Of a DNA stretch of 64,000 bases, positions 16,533 through 25,445 are shown one piece after another. Both the position numbers and the translations under genes were made by a program. The stretch is from an uncultured Thermomicrobiales bacterium. GTDB taxonomy: Bacteria; Chloroflexota; Chloroflexia; Thermomicrobiales; UBA6265. Positions within the stretch are counted from its first letter, which is position 1. Each line of letters starts with the position of its first letter. The notes under the pieces were generated by a model. That model saw only the letters and a list, made by a program, of their open reading frames with translations. It did not search any database and was not told the origin of the DNA. Location: the NCBI GenBank assembly GCA_902806335.1, contig CADCWG010000163.1, forward strand, positions 2,110-66,109, in the 5' to 3' direction.

Positions 16533-19130
16533 ATGGGCGAGGAACGGACCGGGGGCTTCGGCGCCCGTCTTCGGGCGCTGCGGGAGGCCGCGGGACTGAC
16601 GCAGGAGCTGCTGGCGGAGCGAGCGGGGCTGACCGCGAATGCGGTCGGCGCCCTGGAGCGGGGGGAGCGGCGGCGCCCCTACCCCCACACCGTCCGCGCG
16701 CTCGCCGACGCGCTGGGGCTCGGCGACGCGGGGCGCGCGGCGCTGGCCGAGTCCCTCCCGCCGCCCGACCGCGCGACGGCGTCGCCGGAGACCCTCGCCG
16801 CGCCGTGTCTCCCCACGCCGCCGACTCGCCTGATCGGGCGCGAGCGCGAGGCGGCCGCGCTCGCGGACCTGCTGACGACCCCCGAGCCGCGCCTGGTCAC
16901 GCTCACCGGTCCTGGTGGCGTGGGGAAGACGAGGCTCGCCCTCCACGTCGCGGCCGAGGTCGCCGACAGCGTTCCCGACGGGGTCGTGCTGGTGTCCCTG
17001 GCCCCGATCGCGGACCCCACGCTGGTCGTCCCAACGATCGCCGAGGCGTTGGGCCTGCGGGAGCCAAGCGGGCGCGGGAGCGGCGACGCCGTGCGCGCGT
17101 ACCTGCGGACGCGGCGGCTGCTGTTGGTGCTGGACAATGTCGAGCACCTCCTGGCGGCGGCGTTGGAGATCGCCGACCTGCTCGCGGCGTCCCCGGGACT
17201 GCGGATCCTGGCCACGAGCCGGGCCCCCCTGCACGTGCGTGGCGAGCAGGAGTATCCGGTCGGGCCGCTGGCCCTGCCCGACCTGTCCCGAGTGCCGACG
17301 CCGGAGGGGGCGTTGGCCTCGTCCGCGGTGCGACTCTTCGTGGAGCGCGCCCGTGAGGTCTCACCCGCCTTCGCGCTCACGTCGGCCAACGCCGCCGCGG
17401 TCGCGGCGATCTGCCGGCGGTTGGACGGGTTGCCGCTGGCCATCGAGCTGGCGGCGGCGTGGACCAAGGTCTTGCCGCCGACGGCGCTGCTGGCCCGACT
17501 GGACCAATCGCTGCCGATCCTGGCCGGGGGAGTCCGCGACCTGCCCGAGCGGCAGCGGACGATGCGGGACGCCGTCGCCTGGAGCTACGGTCTGCTTTCC
17601 CCGGCCGAGCAGGCGCTCTTCCGACGTCTCGCGGTGTTCGCGGGTGGCTTCGACCTGGCCGCGGCGGAGGTCGTCGCCGGCACGCCGGAGGTCCTCGGGG
17701 TGAGCGCCCTGGAAGGCGTCGCGTCACTGCTCGACAAGAGCCTCCTGCGGCCCGCGGGCGGGCCGGACGACGTGGAGATCGCCGGGCCACGCTTCGCGAT
17801 GCTGGAGACGATCCGCGAGTTCGGGTTGGAGCGGCTCGGGGCGGAGGGCGAGGACGGGGAGACGCGGCGGGCGCACGCCGCGTGGTTCCTGGCGCGGGCG
17901 GAGGACGCGGCGGGCGGGTTCTACACCGCCCGGGAGCCGGCGGTCCTCGACGACCTCGATCGCGAGCACGACAATCTCCGGGCGGCGCTCGGCTGGGCGA
18001 TCCAGAGCGGGAATGCCGAGACCGCATCCCGGCTGGTCGGTGCCCTGTGGTGGTTCTGGGGGATCCGGGGCTCGCTCAACGAGGGGGGCGGCTGGCTGGA
18101 ACGGGTCCTCCCGCTGAGCCAGAACGCCTCGCCCGCCAGCCGGGCCTCGGTGCTGCTGGCCGGCGGCATGCTGGCCTGGGCGCGTGGCGACGTGGATCGG
18201 GCCGTCGTGTTCCTCGAGGACGCGCTGGCGGGTTGGCGCGCGCTCGGCGACCAGCGTCGGGTGAGCCAGTCGCTGCACCACCTGGCCCTGGTGGCCTGGA
18301 CGCGGGGCGACTTCGTGCGGGTCGGCGAGTTCGCCGAGGAGGCGCTCGCGGCCGCCCGCGCCGCGGGCGACGAGGTCGCGGTCGGGACCGCCCTCGTCGC
18401 GGTCGGCACCGCGCTCCTCCGCCAGCGCGAGCTGGACCGCGCGCGGGTGCCGCTGGAGGATGGCCTGGCCCGGTTCCGCGCCACGGGTTATCGGCGCGGC
18501 GTCGCCTGGGCGCTCCAGCACCTCGCCGAGATCGCCCAGGAGGAGGGCGACATCCGGGGTGCGGCCGAGCTCCGGCACGAGACGATCACGCTGTATGGGG
18601 ACCTGCGGGACCGGTGGGGCCTGTTCGAGGAGGTCGCCTCGCTCGGCACCCTGGCGGCGAGGTGCGGGCGGTCGAACGACGCGGTCCGGCTGCTCGGGGC
18701 GGCCGAGGGGTTCCGCGAGACCGCCGGTGTGGTCCCGCAGAACCGCCTCGCCTCCTACAAGGAGACGCTCGGGAGGCTGCGCGCCGAGGTTGACGAGGGG
18801 ACCTTCGCGACCGCCTGGGCGGCCGGTCGGTCCCTCTCGCTCGAGGCGGTGGTCGAAGACGCGTTGGCCGTCGCGGCGGCGCTCGTCGGGACCGGAGACG
18901 CCGCCCGGCAGCGCGTCGCCGCCCCGCCGTCGCCGCCGGCGGGCCTTAGCGCCCGCGAGGTCGAGGTGCTCCGCCTGATCGCCCAGGGACTCACCAACGC
19001 CCAGATCGCCGAGGCGCTCTTCATCAGCCCGCGGACCGTCCACGCCCACCTGAACCATCTCTATGCCAAGCTGGGCACCAGCTCCCGCGCCACGGCGACC
19101 CGCTTCGCGATCGAGCACGGGCTCGCCTGA
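16533..19130 (+). CDS. STAND-type regulator: XRE HTH + P-loop NTPase + TPR + LuxR HTH
   Basis: N-terminal [32 protein letters not shown]. Walker [15 protein letters not shown]. Long helical-repeat region. C-terminal [36 protein letters not shown]. Confidence 0.85.
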   Translation: MGEERTGGFGARLRALREAAGLTQELLAERAGLTANAVGALERGERRRPYPHTVRALADALGLGDAGRAALAESLPPPDRATASPETLAAPCLPTPPTRLIGREREAAALADLLTTPEPRLVTLTGPGGVGKTRLALHVAAEVADSVPDGVVLVSLAPIADPTLVVPTIAEALGLREPSGRGSGDAVRAYLRTRRLLLVLDNVEHLLAAALEIADLLAASPGLRILATSRAPLHVRGEQEYPVGPLALPDLSRVPTPEGALASSAVRLFVERAREVSPAFALTSANAAAVAAICRRLDGLPLAIELAAAWTKVLPPTALLARLDQSLPILAGGVRDLPERQRTMRDAVAWSYGLLSPAEQALFRRLAVFAGGFDLAAAEVVAGTPEVLGVSALEGVASLLDKSLLRPAGGPDDVEIAGPRFAMLETIREFGLERLGAEGEDGETRRAHAAWFLARAEDAAGGFYTAREPAVLDDLDREHDNLRAALGWAIQSGNAETASRLVGALWWFWGIRGSLNEGGGWLERVLPLSQNASPASRASVLLAGGMLAWARGDVDRAVVFLEDALAGWRALGDQRRVSQSLHHLALVAWTRGDFVRVGEFAEEALAAARAAGDEVAVGTALVAVGTALLRQRELDRARVPLEDGLARFRATGYRRGVAWALQHLAEIAQEEGDIRGAAELRHETITLYGDLRDRWGLFEEVASLGTLAARCGRSNDAVRLLGAAEGFRETAGVVPQNRLASYKETLGRLRAEVDEGTFATAWAAGRSLSLEAVVEDALAVAAALVGTGDAARQRVAAPPSPPAGLSAREVEVLRLIAQGLTNAQIAEALFISPRTVHAHLNHLYAKLGTSSRATATRFAIEHGLA

Positions 19131-19348
19131 GCCGCGCTCGATCGCGTGGCGTTACTCAGACCCTCCGTCCGCTCGTGCCCCAGGGCCGAACTGCGGCGAC
19201 GGCACCTCGACAGTACCCGTGGGCATCGCCGGATAGGCGACACGAGCGGGGCGAGCCGTCGGCCCGTCGCCCTGGGCTCGGCGTGCAGGGGCTTGGAAGA
19301 TACAGGATCGGGCTGGGCCGGCGGGGCGTGGCGCTGGTCCTGGCCGTG

Positions 19349-19503
19349 ATACGGCATCCGGTTGTGCGGTGGTGGTATCGGTGGCGGGCGGTGCCCGGGT
19401 CCGCCCGGGGAAAGCCCCGAGGTCAGAGGCTCAGGAACCAAGCCGGCCGAAGCCGGCTGCGGACCGGCCGGCCGAAGTCCGGGTGATCACCCGGAATCCG
19501 TAT
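19349..19503 (-). repeat. MITE-like dispersed repeat, full copy D
   Basis: The reverse complement reads atacggattccgggtgatcacc...gcagccggcttcggccggcttggttcctgagcctctgacctcggggc...ataccaccaccgcacaaccggatgccgtat. The terminal inverted repeats are visible. Confidence 0.75.
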
Positions 19504-19810
19504 GAGTCTCCTCCGGGCCAGAGCGGGGGATCAGGAACGATGCCGGCCGCGGACCGGCCGGTCACCGTGGCGGGAGACCCCGGGGACCACCCCGCGATCG
19601 TCGTCCCGTCTGCTCGCGGTGAGGCGGGGTTGCCCCCCGGAGCCCAGGAACCTGGCCTCGGGGGGCATCTCGGGCGTCGCAGGCGCTGACCCGGATCCCG
19701 CCGGGTTTGCCGGTCCTCCGGCTCGGCCCCGGGCCGGCCTCGCCGCCAACCGGGCGCGAGAGGGACGGGGGACTGAGCGACGTCCGACGCGCCGGCGTCG
19801 GCGCCGCCTG

Positions 19811-22800
19811 CTACGCGACCTCGACGACGAACGGTGCGGTGATCACCCGGTCGCCGTGGCTGACCTGGACCCAGAGCTTGTAGCGACCCGGCGCGGGGAA
19901 GGTGTGCTCGACGGCGAGGTCCGGCCCGAACGCCGCCGGCAGCCCGTGGCCCGCTTCCTCCGCCTCGCCCTGCGTCGAGGTCTCCGCGTGGTCGTCGGCC
20001 GCCGCTGTCGCCGCGATCTCGCCGTGGGTGTGGGCGAAGGCGCCGCCGTCCTCGGCGACGATCGCGACGTGGGCGGCCGCGCCCAGGTAGGGCGCGAGGT
20101 CGGTCACCGGCTGCCCGTCCTGGGTGACCGTCACCGCCAGGCGCGTCGACTCGCCGACCCGGATCGTCCCCGGGTCGCCCAGGGCGACGGTCAGCCCATC
20201 GACCGTCTTCGGCGCGGTGTCGGGCGCAAGGGTCGCCGCCTGGGTGGTCGGCGCGCCGACGACGAGCTCCCGCCGGTCGAGGACGGTCCGGCCGTCGCGC
20301 ACGAACTCGTCGTAGAGGAGGTAGGTCCCGGCGCTCGGCAGGGTCGTGTCGACGCGGTAGCTCCCGTCCGGCCCGAGCTCGGGGTGGATGTGCTGGAACG
20401 TCCCCAGGTCCCGGCTGACCAGGATCAGGTGCATCGGTCGCTGGTGGTCGAGCGGCAGATCCGTCACCGCCTCGCCACTCGCCTCGTCGACGACGCGGTA
20501 GCTCAGCGCCACCGGCTGCCCGGGCTGGGGCGCGGCCGGCGCGCTCGTCCACTCGACGCGGACCCCGGCCGCCTCGGGCGCCACCACGCCGGCCGCGCCG
20601 GCCGCGCCGGACGGGTCGGTCATGCCGGCGTGGTCGTCCGCCGCGCCGGCCTCGTGGTCGTCGCCCGTCGTGACTTCCGCGTGGTCGCCCATCGCCGAGG
20701 TCACGCCCATGCCGGCTCGGTCGCTGAGCCAGAGCGCGCCAGCGCCGATCGCGAGGGCCAGCACGCCGATCGCGACCAGATAGCCGCCGTCGGCGAGGCG
20801 TGTGCGCAGCGGCGGGTGGAGGATCTCCCGCGCGCTCGCCGGCCGGGTGAAGCCGTGCAGGCGCAGGGCGTTGGTGACGACGCTGACCGAGCTCATCGCC
20901 ATCGCGGCCGCGGCGAGCACCGGGTTGAGGAGGATGCCGGAGGCGGGGTAGAGCGCGCCCATCGCCACCGGGACCAGCGCCACGTTGTAGGCGAAGGCCC
21001 AGAACAGGCCCTGCTTGATCGTGCCGACCGTCCGCCGCGAGAGGGCGATCGCCGAGACGATCCCGCGCAGGTCGCCGCCGATCAGGGTGACGTCGGAGGC
21101 GGCCATCGCCACGTCGGTCCCGGTGCCGATCGCGATCCCCAGGTCGGCCTGGGCCAGCGCCGGCGCGTCGTTGATCCCGTCGCCGACCATCGCCACGACC
21201 TTGCCCCGGCCCTGCAGCTCGGCCACCGTCGCGGCCTTCTGCTCCGGCAGCACCTCGGCCAGGACGTGCTCGATGCCGACCTCTCGGGCGATCGCCTCGG
21301 CGGTGGCCCGGTTGTCGCCGGTCAGCATCCAGACGTCGAGGCCCAGCGCCCGGAGCTGCTCGACGGCCTCGCGCGACTCCGGCTTGAGGGTGTCGGCGAC
21401 GGCGATCAGGCCGGCACCCTCGCCGCCGACGGCGACGTACATCGGCGTCGCGCCGCCCCGGGCGAGGTCCTGCCCGCGCTCTTCCAGCCCGTTCAGGTGG
21501 ACCCCGGCCTGGGCCATCAGCGCCCGGTTGCCGAGCAGCACGTCGCGGCCCTCGACCCGACCCTGGACGCCCTTGCCGGTGACCGAGGCGAACCCCTCGG
21601 CGGCCGGCAGCACCAGCTGAAGCTCGCGCGCCCGGCCCACGATCGCCTCGCCCAGGGGGTGCTCCGAGCCGACCTCGACCGCCGCCGCCAGCCGCAGCAG
21701 GTCGTGCTCCGACAGGCCGTTGCTCGGCACGACGCCGGTCACGGTCGGCTTGCCGCGGGTCAGCGTCCCGGTCTTGTCGAGCACGATGGTGTCGATCCGC
21801 CGCGCCTGCTCGAGCGCCTCGCCGCCGCGGACCAGCACGCCGTGCTCGGCCGCCTTGCCGGTGCCGACCATGATCGCCGTCGGCGCCGCCAGCCCCAGCG
21901 CGCAGGGGCAGGCGATCACGAGCACCGCCACCGCCGCCGAGACGGCGAAGGTCAGCCGCGGGTCCGGCCCGAGGATCAGCCAGCCGAGGAAGGTCAGCAG
22001 CGCCAGCACCAGGACCGCCGGCACGAAGTAGCCGGAGATGGTGTCGGCCAGGCGCTGCATCGGCGCCTTGGAGCCCTGGGCGTCCTCGACCAGCTTGACG
22101 ATCTGGGCGAGGGTGGTGTCCTTGCCGACCTTCGTCGCCCGGAAGACGAAGCCGCCGGTCTTGTTCAGCGTCGCGCCGATCACGGCGTCGCCGGGGCCCT
22201 TCTCGACTGGGATGCTCTCGCCGGTGAGCATGCTCTCGTCGAGCGCGGAGCGCCCCTCGGTGACCACGCCGTCGACGGGGACCTTCTCGCCGGGGCGGAC
22301 CCGGATCAGGTCGTCGACCCGCAGCGCCGCGACCGGCACGTCCTGCTCGACGCCGTTGCGGATCACGCGGGCTGTCTTGGCCTGGAGCCCCATCAGGGCC
22401 CGGATCGCGGCGCCGGTCCGCTTCTTGGCGCGGGCCTCCAGCCAGCGGCCCATCAGGATCAGGGCGATGATGATCACCGCCGACTCGTAGTAGAGGTGCT
22501 GCTCGAAGCCCCAGTCGGCGGCCCGGTCGGGCCAGAGCGTGACGAAGGCGCTGTAGCCGTAGGCGACGCTGGTGCCGACCGCCACCAGGGTGTTCATGTT
22601 CGTGCCGCCGTGCCTGGCGGCGGCCCAGGCGGCCTGGTAGAAGACCTTGCCGGCCCAGAACTGGACGGCCGTGGCGGCGATCAGGAGGAACGGCGCCAGG
22701 TCCGCCATCGGGATCCCGAGCGGCACGTACATCAGCGCCATCATCACGGCGCCGACGGCGAGGCTGACCAGCGACTTGCGCCGCAGGTCGTCGATCTCGT

Positions 22801-23473
22801 GCTGGCGCTCCAGCTCGCGGGCGTCGGCCTCGTCGGCGGCGGGCCCGGCCGCGGCGTCGGCCGCCGGGTCGGCGAGCGCCTCGCTGGCCGGCGCCGGGAC
22901 CGCGCCGACCTTGTAGCCGGCCTTCTCGACGGCGGCGCGCAGCTGGCCCAGGTCGGCCACCGCCGGGTCGAAGGCGACGGTCGCCTTCTCGGTCGCGAGG
23001 TTGACGCCGGCCGCGCCGACGCCGGGGACCCTGGTCAGCGCCCGCTCGACGCGCCGCACGCACGAGGCGCAGGTCATCCCCTCGATCGGCAGGACGACCT
23101 CGCCCCTGCCGGCCGCCGTGGGCGGCGCGACGGGGGCGACCGTTGGAGGCGCCGCAGGGGGAGGCGCCGCCGGCAGCGGGCGCACGCCGTAGCCCGCCTT
23201 CTGGACGGCCGCCGTCAGATGCTCGGGGCGGACGGTCGCCGGGTCGAAGCGGACCGTTGCCTTCTCCGTCGCCAGGTTGACGCTCGCCTCCTGGACGCCG
23301 TCGACCCTGGCGAGGGCCTTCTCGACCCGGCGGACGCAGGAGGCGCACGTCATGCCGGTGATCGGCAGGGTGGCCTCGCTGACCGCGCCGCCGCTCGGCC
23401 GCCCGCCCTCGGCGGCGCCCACGGGGACGGTGGGAGTCGGTGTCGGTGAGGCAGCGGTGTTCGGCGTTGGCAT
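19811..23473 (-). CDS. copA: P1B-1 Cu(I) ATPase with two HMA domains and a ~350-aa C-terminal extension
   Basis: Two GMTCASC motifs, CPC ([13 protein letters not shown]), DKTGTLT and [10 protein letters not shown]. After the canonical core come an extra hydrophobic helix and a 304-aa tail. Confidence 0.9.
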   Translation of the reverse strand: MPTPNTAASPTPTPTVPVGAAEGGRPSGGAVSEATLPITGMTCASCVRRVEKALARVDGVQEASVNLATEKATVRFDPATVRPEHLTAAVQKAGYGVRPLPAAPPPAAPPTVAPVAPPTAAGRGEVVLPIEGMTCASCVRRVERALTRVPGVGAAGVNLATEKATVAFDPAVADLGQLRAAVEKAGYKVGAVPAPASEALADPAADAAAGPAADEADARELERQHEIDDLRRKSLVSLAVGAVMMALMYVPLGIPMADLAPFLLIAATAVQFWAGKVFYQAAWAAARHGGTNMNTLVAVGTSVAYGYSAFVTLWPDRAADWGFEQHLYYESAVIIIALILMGRWLEARAKKRTGAAIRALMGLQAKTARVIRNGVEQDVPVAALRVDDLIRVRPGEKVPVDGVVTEGRSALDESMLTGESIPVEKGPGDAVIGATLNKTGGFVFRATKVGKDTTLAQIVKLVEDAQGSKAPMQRLADTISGYFVPAVLVLALLTFLGWLILGPDPRLTFAVSAAVAVLVIACPCALGLAAPTAIMVGTGKAAEHGVLVRGGEALEQARRIDTIVLDKTGTLTRGKPTVTGVVPSNGLSEHDLLRLAAAVEVGSEHPLGEAIVGRARELQLVLPAAEGFASVTGKGVQGRVEGRDVLLGNRALMAQAGVHLNGLEERGQDLARGGATPMYVAVGGEGAGLIAVADTLKPESREAVEQLRALGLDVWMLTGDNRATAEAIAREVGIEHVLAEVLPEQKAATVAELQGRGKVVAMVGDGINDAPALAQADLGIAIGTGTDVAMAASDVTLIGGDLRGIVSAIALSRRTVGTIKQGLFWAFAYNVALVPVAMGALYPASGILLNPVLAAAAMAMSSVSVVTNALRLHGFTRPASAREILHPPLRTRLADGGYLVAIGVLALAIGAGALWLSDRAGMGVTSAMGDHAEVTTGDDHEAGAADDHAGMTDPSGAAGAAGVVAPEAAGVRVEWTSAPAAPQPGQPVALSYRVVDEASGEAVTDLPLDHQRPMHLILVSRDLGTFQHIHPELGPDGSYRVDTTLPSAGTYLLYDEFVRDGRTVLDRRELVVGAPTTQAATLAPDTAPKTVDGLTVALGDPGTIRVGESTRLAVTVTQDGQPVTDLAPYLGAAAHVAIVAEDGGAFAHTHGEIAATAAADDHAETSTQGEAEEAGHGLPAAFGPDLAVEHTFPAPGRYKLWVQVSHGDRVITAPFVVEVA

Positions 23474-23518
23474 CGAGGGATCCTATCCCGGTGAGCGCAC
23501 CCTTCGGTGGCCGCGGCG

Positions 23519-23571
23519 ATACCCCGGCTGGGTACTACTCGAATGGTACCCGAGGGGGGTATAATGGTCAA
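23519..23571. promoter_or_regulatory. divergent copA/csoR promoter region with two CsoR-type operators
   Basis: Boxes ATACCCcggctGGGTAC (23519-23535) and GTACCCgagggGGGTAT (23546-23562). copA side: TTGACC (23566-23571), 17-nt spacer, TACCAT (23543-23548). csoR side: TATAAT at 23560-23565. Confidence 0.65.
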
Positions 23572-23701
23572 GGCAGGCCTTCCCGGGTCTCCGCGCGGCT
23601 CGGCAGTTTCGACGAGACCCTCTCAGCGGTGGGGCGGCGATCGCCTCGGGCGGCGAGGGCCGAGCGACGACGTCCACCACGGGGCAACGGAGTAGCACAC
23701 G

Positions 23702-24043
23702 ATGCACGACACGATGACCACCGGCGCGACCGTCGCGACGGACGGGGCGGCTCCCTTCCGGCGCTCGACCTCCTACGCGACCGACAAGGCGAAGATCCTG
23801 GCCAGGCTGCGCCGGATGGAGGGGCAGGTCCGGGGCCTCCAGCGGATGGTCGAGGAGGACCAGTACTGCCTCGACGTGCTGACCCAGCTCTCGGCGGTGA
23901 TCGCCGCCGCCCGCGGCACCGGGCTGCTGGTGCTTGAGGACCACATCCGCGGCTGCGTCGTCGGCGCCGACGCCGACAACCGCGAAGCCGTCCTCGACGA
24001 GCTGAGCGGCGCGATCGAGCGCTTCACGCGGACGGTCGGCTAG
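23702..24043 (+). CDS. csoR: CsoR/RcnR-family copper-sensing repressor
   Basis: 113 aa. KILARLRRMEGQVRGLQRMVEEDQYCLDVLTQL...EDHIRGC, giving the C-H-C ligand pattern. Confidence 0.85.
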   Translation: MHDTMTTGATVATDGAAPFRRSTSYATDKAKILARLRRMEGQVRGLQRMVEEDQYCLDVLTQLSAVIAAARGTGLLVLEDHIRGCVVGADADNREAVLDELSGAIERFTRTVG

Positions 24044-24143
24044 CCGAGTCCGCAGACGACACACCGTTCGACCGACGGCCCGTCGTCACGACCCCTAGCA
24101 GGGTGCTGAAAAACCTCATTGCTGCCTGTGGTATGTTGCGCCA

Positions 24144-24752
24144 GTGGAGACGCTGGAGACCAACGCACGCCTGCGTTCGGCGCGCTGGCAGCGGGGGGCG
24201 GACCGGCTGGCGCGGTGGGCCTGGCCGGTCCTGCTCGCTGCGGTCGCCCTCGCGCTCGCGGGCGGCGTGGCCGTCGCCGCCTGGGCTTCCGATACCGAGG
24301 AGCCCGAACCAGTCGTGGACGAGTGCGAGGACCCCCCGTGCTTCGGGGGCGGGGGGCTGCCCGGCCTCTCCGACCTCCCCGTCGTCCTCCCAGTCCTCGG
24401 CTACGGCCTCGCGATCGCCCTCGGCCTGCCCAGCGTGCTGGCCGGCGGCTGGGACCTCCTGCGGGGGCGCTGGGGGGCCGGGGGGCGGCGGCTGCTCGCG
24501 TTCGTGGGGCCGCTGCTGGTCCTGGTCGGGACCGAGGTCGTTCCGCACGTGATCAGCCCCTGCCTGCCCGCCGAGTTAGGCGCCGGCTGGCAGCCCGGCG
24601 TCTGCGAGCGCCAGGAGCACGGCGGCCTGGACGTCGGGGACCGGTGGCATGCGCTGGACCACGCGCTCGTCGGGGCGGTGCCGATGGCGGCCCTGTACTG
24701 GCTGGCGCTGCGCCGCTGGCGCCCGGAGTTGGCACTGCGCCGCGTGGTGTGA
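24144..24752 (+). CDS. hypothetical multi-pass membrane protein with Cys motifs
   Basis: GTG start, 100 nt after csoR. About 4 hydrophobic helices. DECEDPPC and SPC...GVC motifs. No family recognised. Confidence 0.5.
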   Translation: METLETNARLRSARWQRGADRLARWAWPVLLAAVALALAGGVAVAAWASDTEEPEPVVDECEDPPCFGGGGLPGLSDLPVVLPVLGYGLAIALGLPSVLAGGWDLLRGRWGAGGRRLLAFVGPLLVLVGTEVVPHVISPCLPAELGAGWQPGVCERQEHGGLDVGDRWHALDHALVGAVPMAALYWLALRRWRPELALRRVV

Positions 24753-24799
24753 TCCCCGCGAGGGTGGCCGGGTTCGAGCGGGCCACCGATGGATCGGCG

Positions 24800-25021
24800 A
24801 TGCGTGGTCGATGCAGTCCCCAGTTGAGCATGCTGGCCTTCGTTGATCTCGACGCCCGCATTCCCGCCAGCCATCCGCTGCGCATCATCAGGCGGCTCGT
24901 CGACTCGGCGCTCGCGGATCTCTCGCCGGTCTTCGACCGCATTTGCGCCGCCGGCGGGCGACCCTCCATTCCGCCGGAACGGCTGCTGAAGGCCAGCCCC
25001 CTGATCGCCCTTTACTCGATT
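24800..25021 (+). pseudogene. N-terminal fragment of an IS5/IS1182-like transposase (DUF772 region)
   Basis: SMLAFVDLDARIPASHPLRIIRRLVDSALADLSPVFDRICAAGGRPSIPPERLLKASPLIALYSI matches the conserved N-terminus of these transposases. There is no catalytic part downstream. Confidence 0.6.
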
Positions 25022-25445
25022 CCAGGATCGCGAGGACGTGCCCTGCCGACATCATGATCCCTATCATCTCACGGAGACACTGGCCGGGACGATCGGCGCG
25101 GTGAACCGCTCCCGGCACACATCCGCGCCGCGGGAGACCCTGAGATCGGCTCCGGTGCCGGCCCGCCGTCGTTCGCCGAGCACGGTGTCGACCCGCGGCG
25201 CTCGGCCGACACGGAACCAATCGGGACAACACGGCCGTGCTCTAGGAAGGAGCCGGCCAAGATGCATTTGGCGGAATGATGTACTCATCGGTGTAAGAGC
25301 GATCAATCTGGCCAGACAACAGTCGAGATGGTGGTAAGAACGAGTATATTCCCGATCTTCTGAGCTGGGCACCGATTGACCTTGGCGTCAGCGTCCCGCA
25401 GAATCGAGGGATCGCGTCTCCATCCGTGTCGGAGGGAGCTGAGCC

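Noticed and set aside
19431-23449. Two very long ORFs (1305 aa on the minus strand, 1315 aa on the plus strand) overlapping copA.
   Set aside because: The translations are monotonous R/G/P/D-rich with no motifs. They are off-frame or antisense shadows, as expected at about 70% GC. The frame at 19811..23473 carries all the P-type ATPase motifs.
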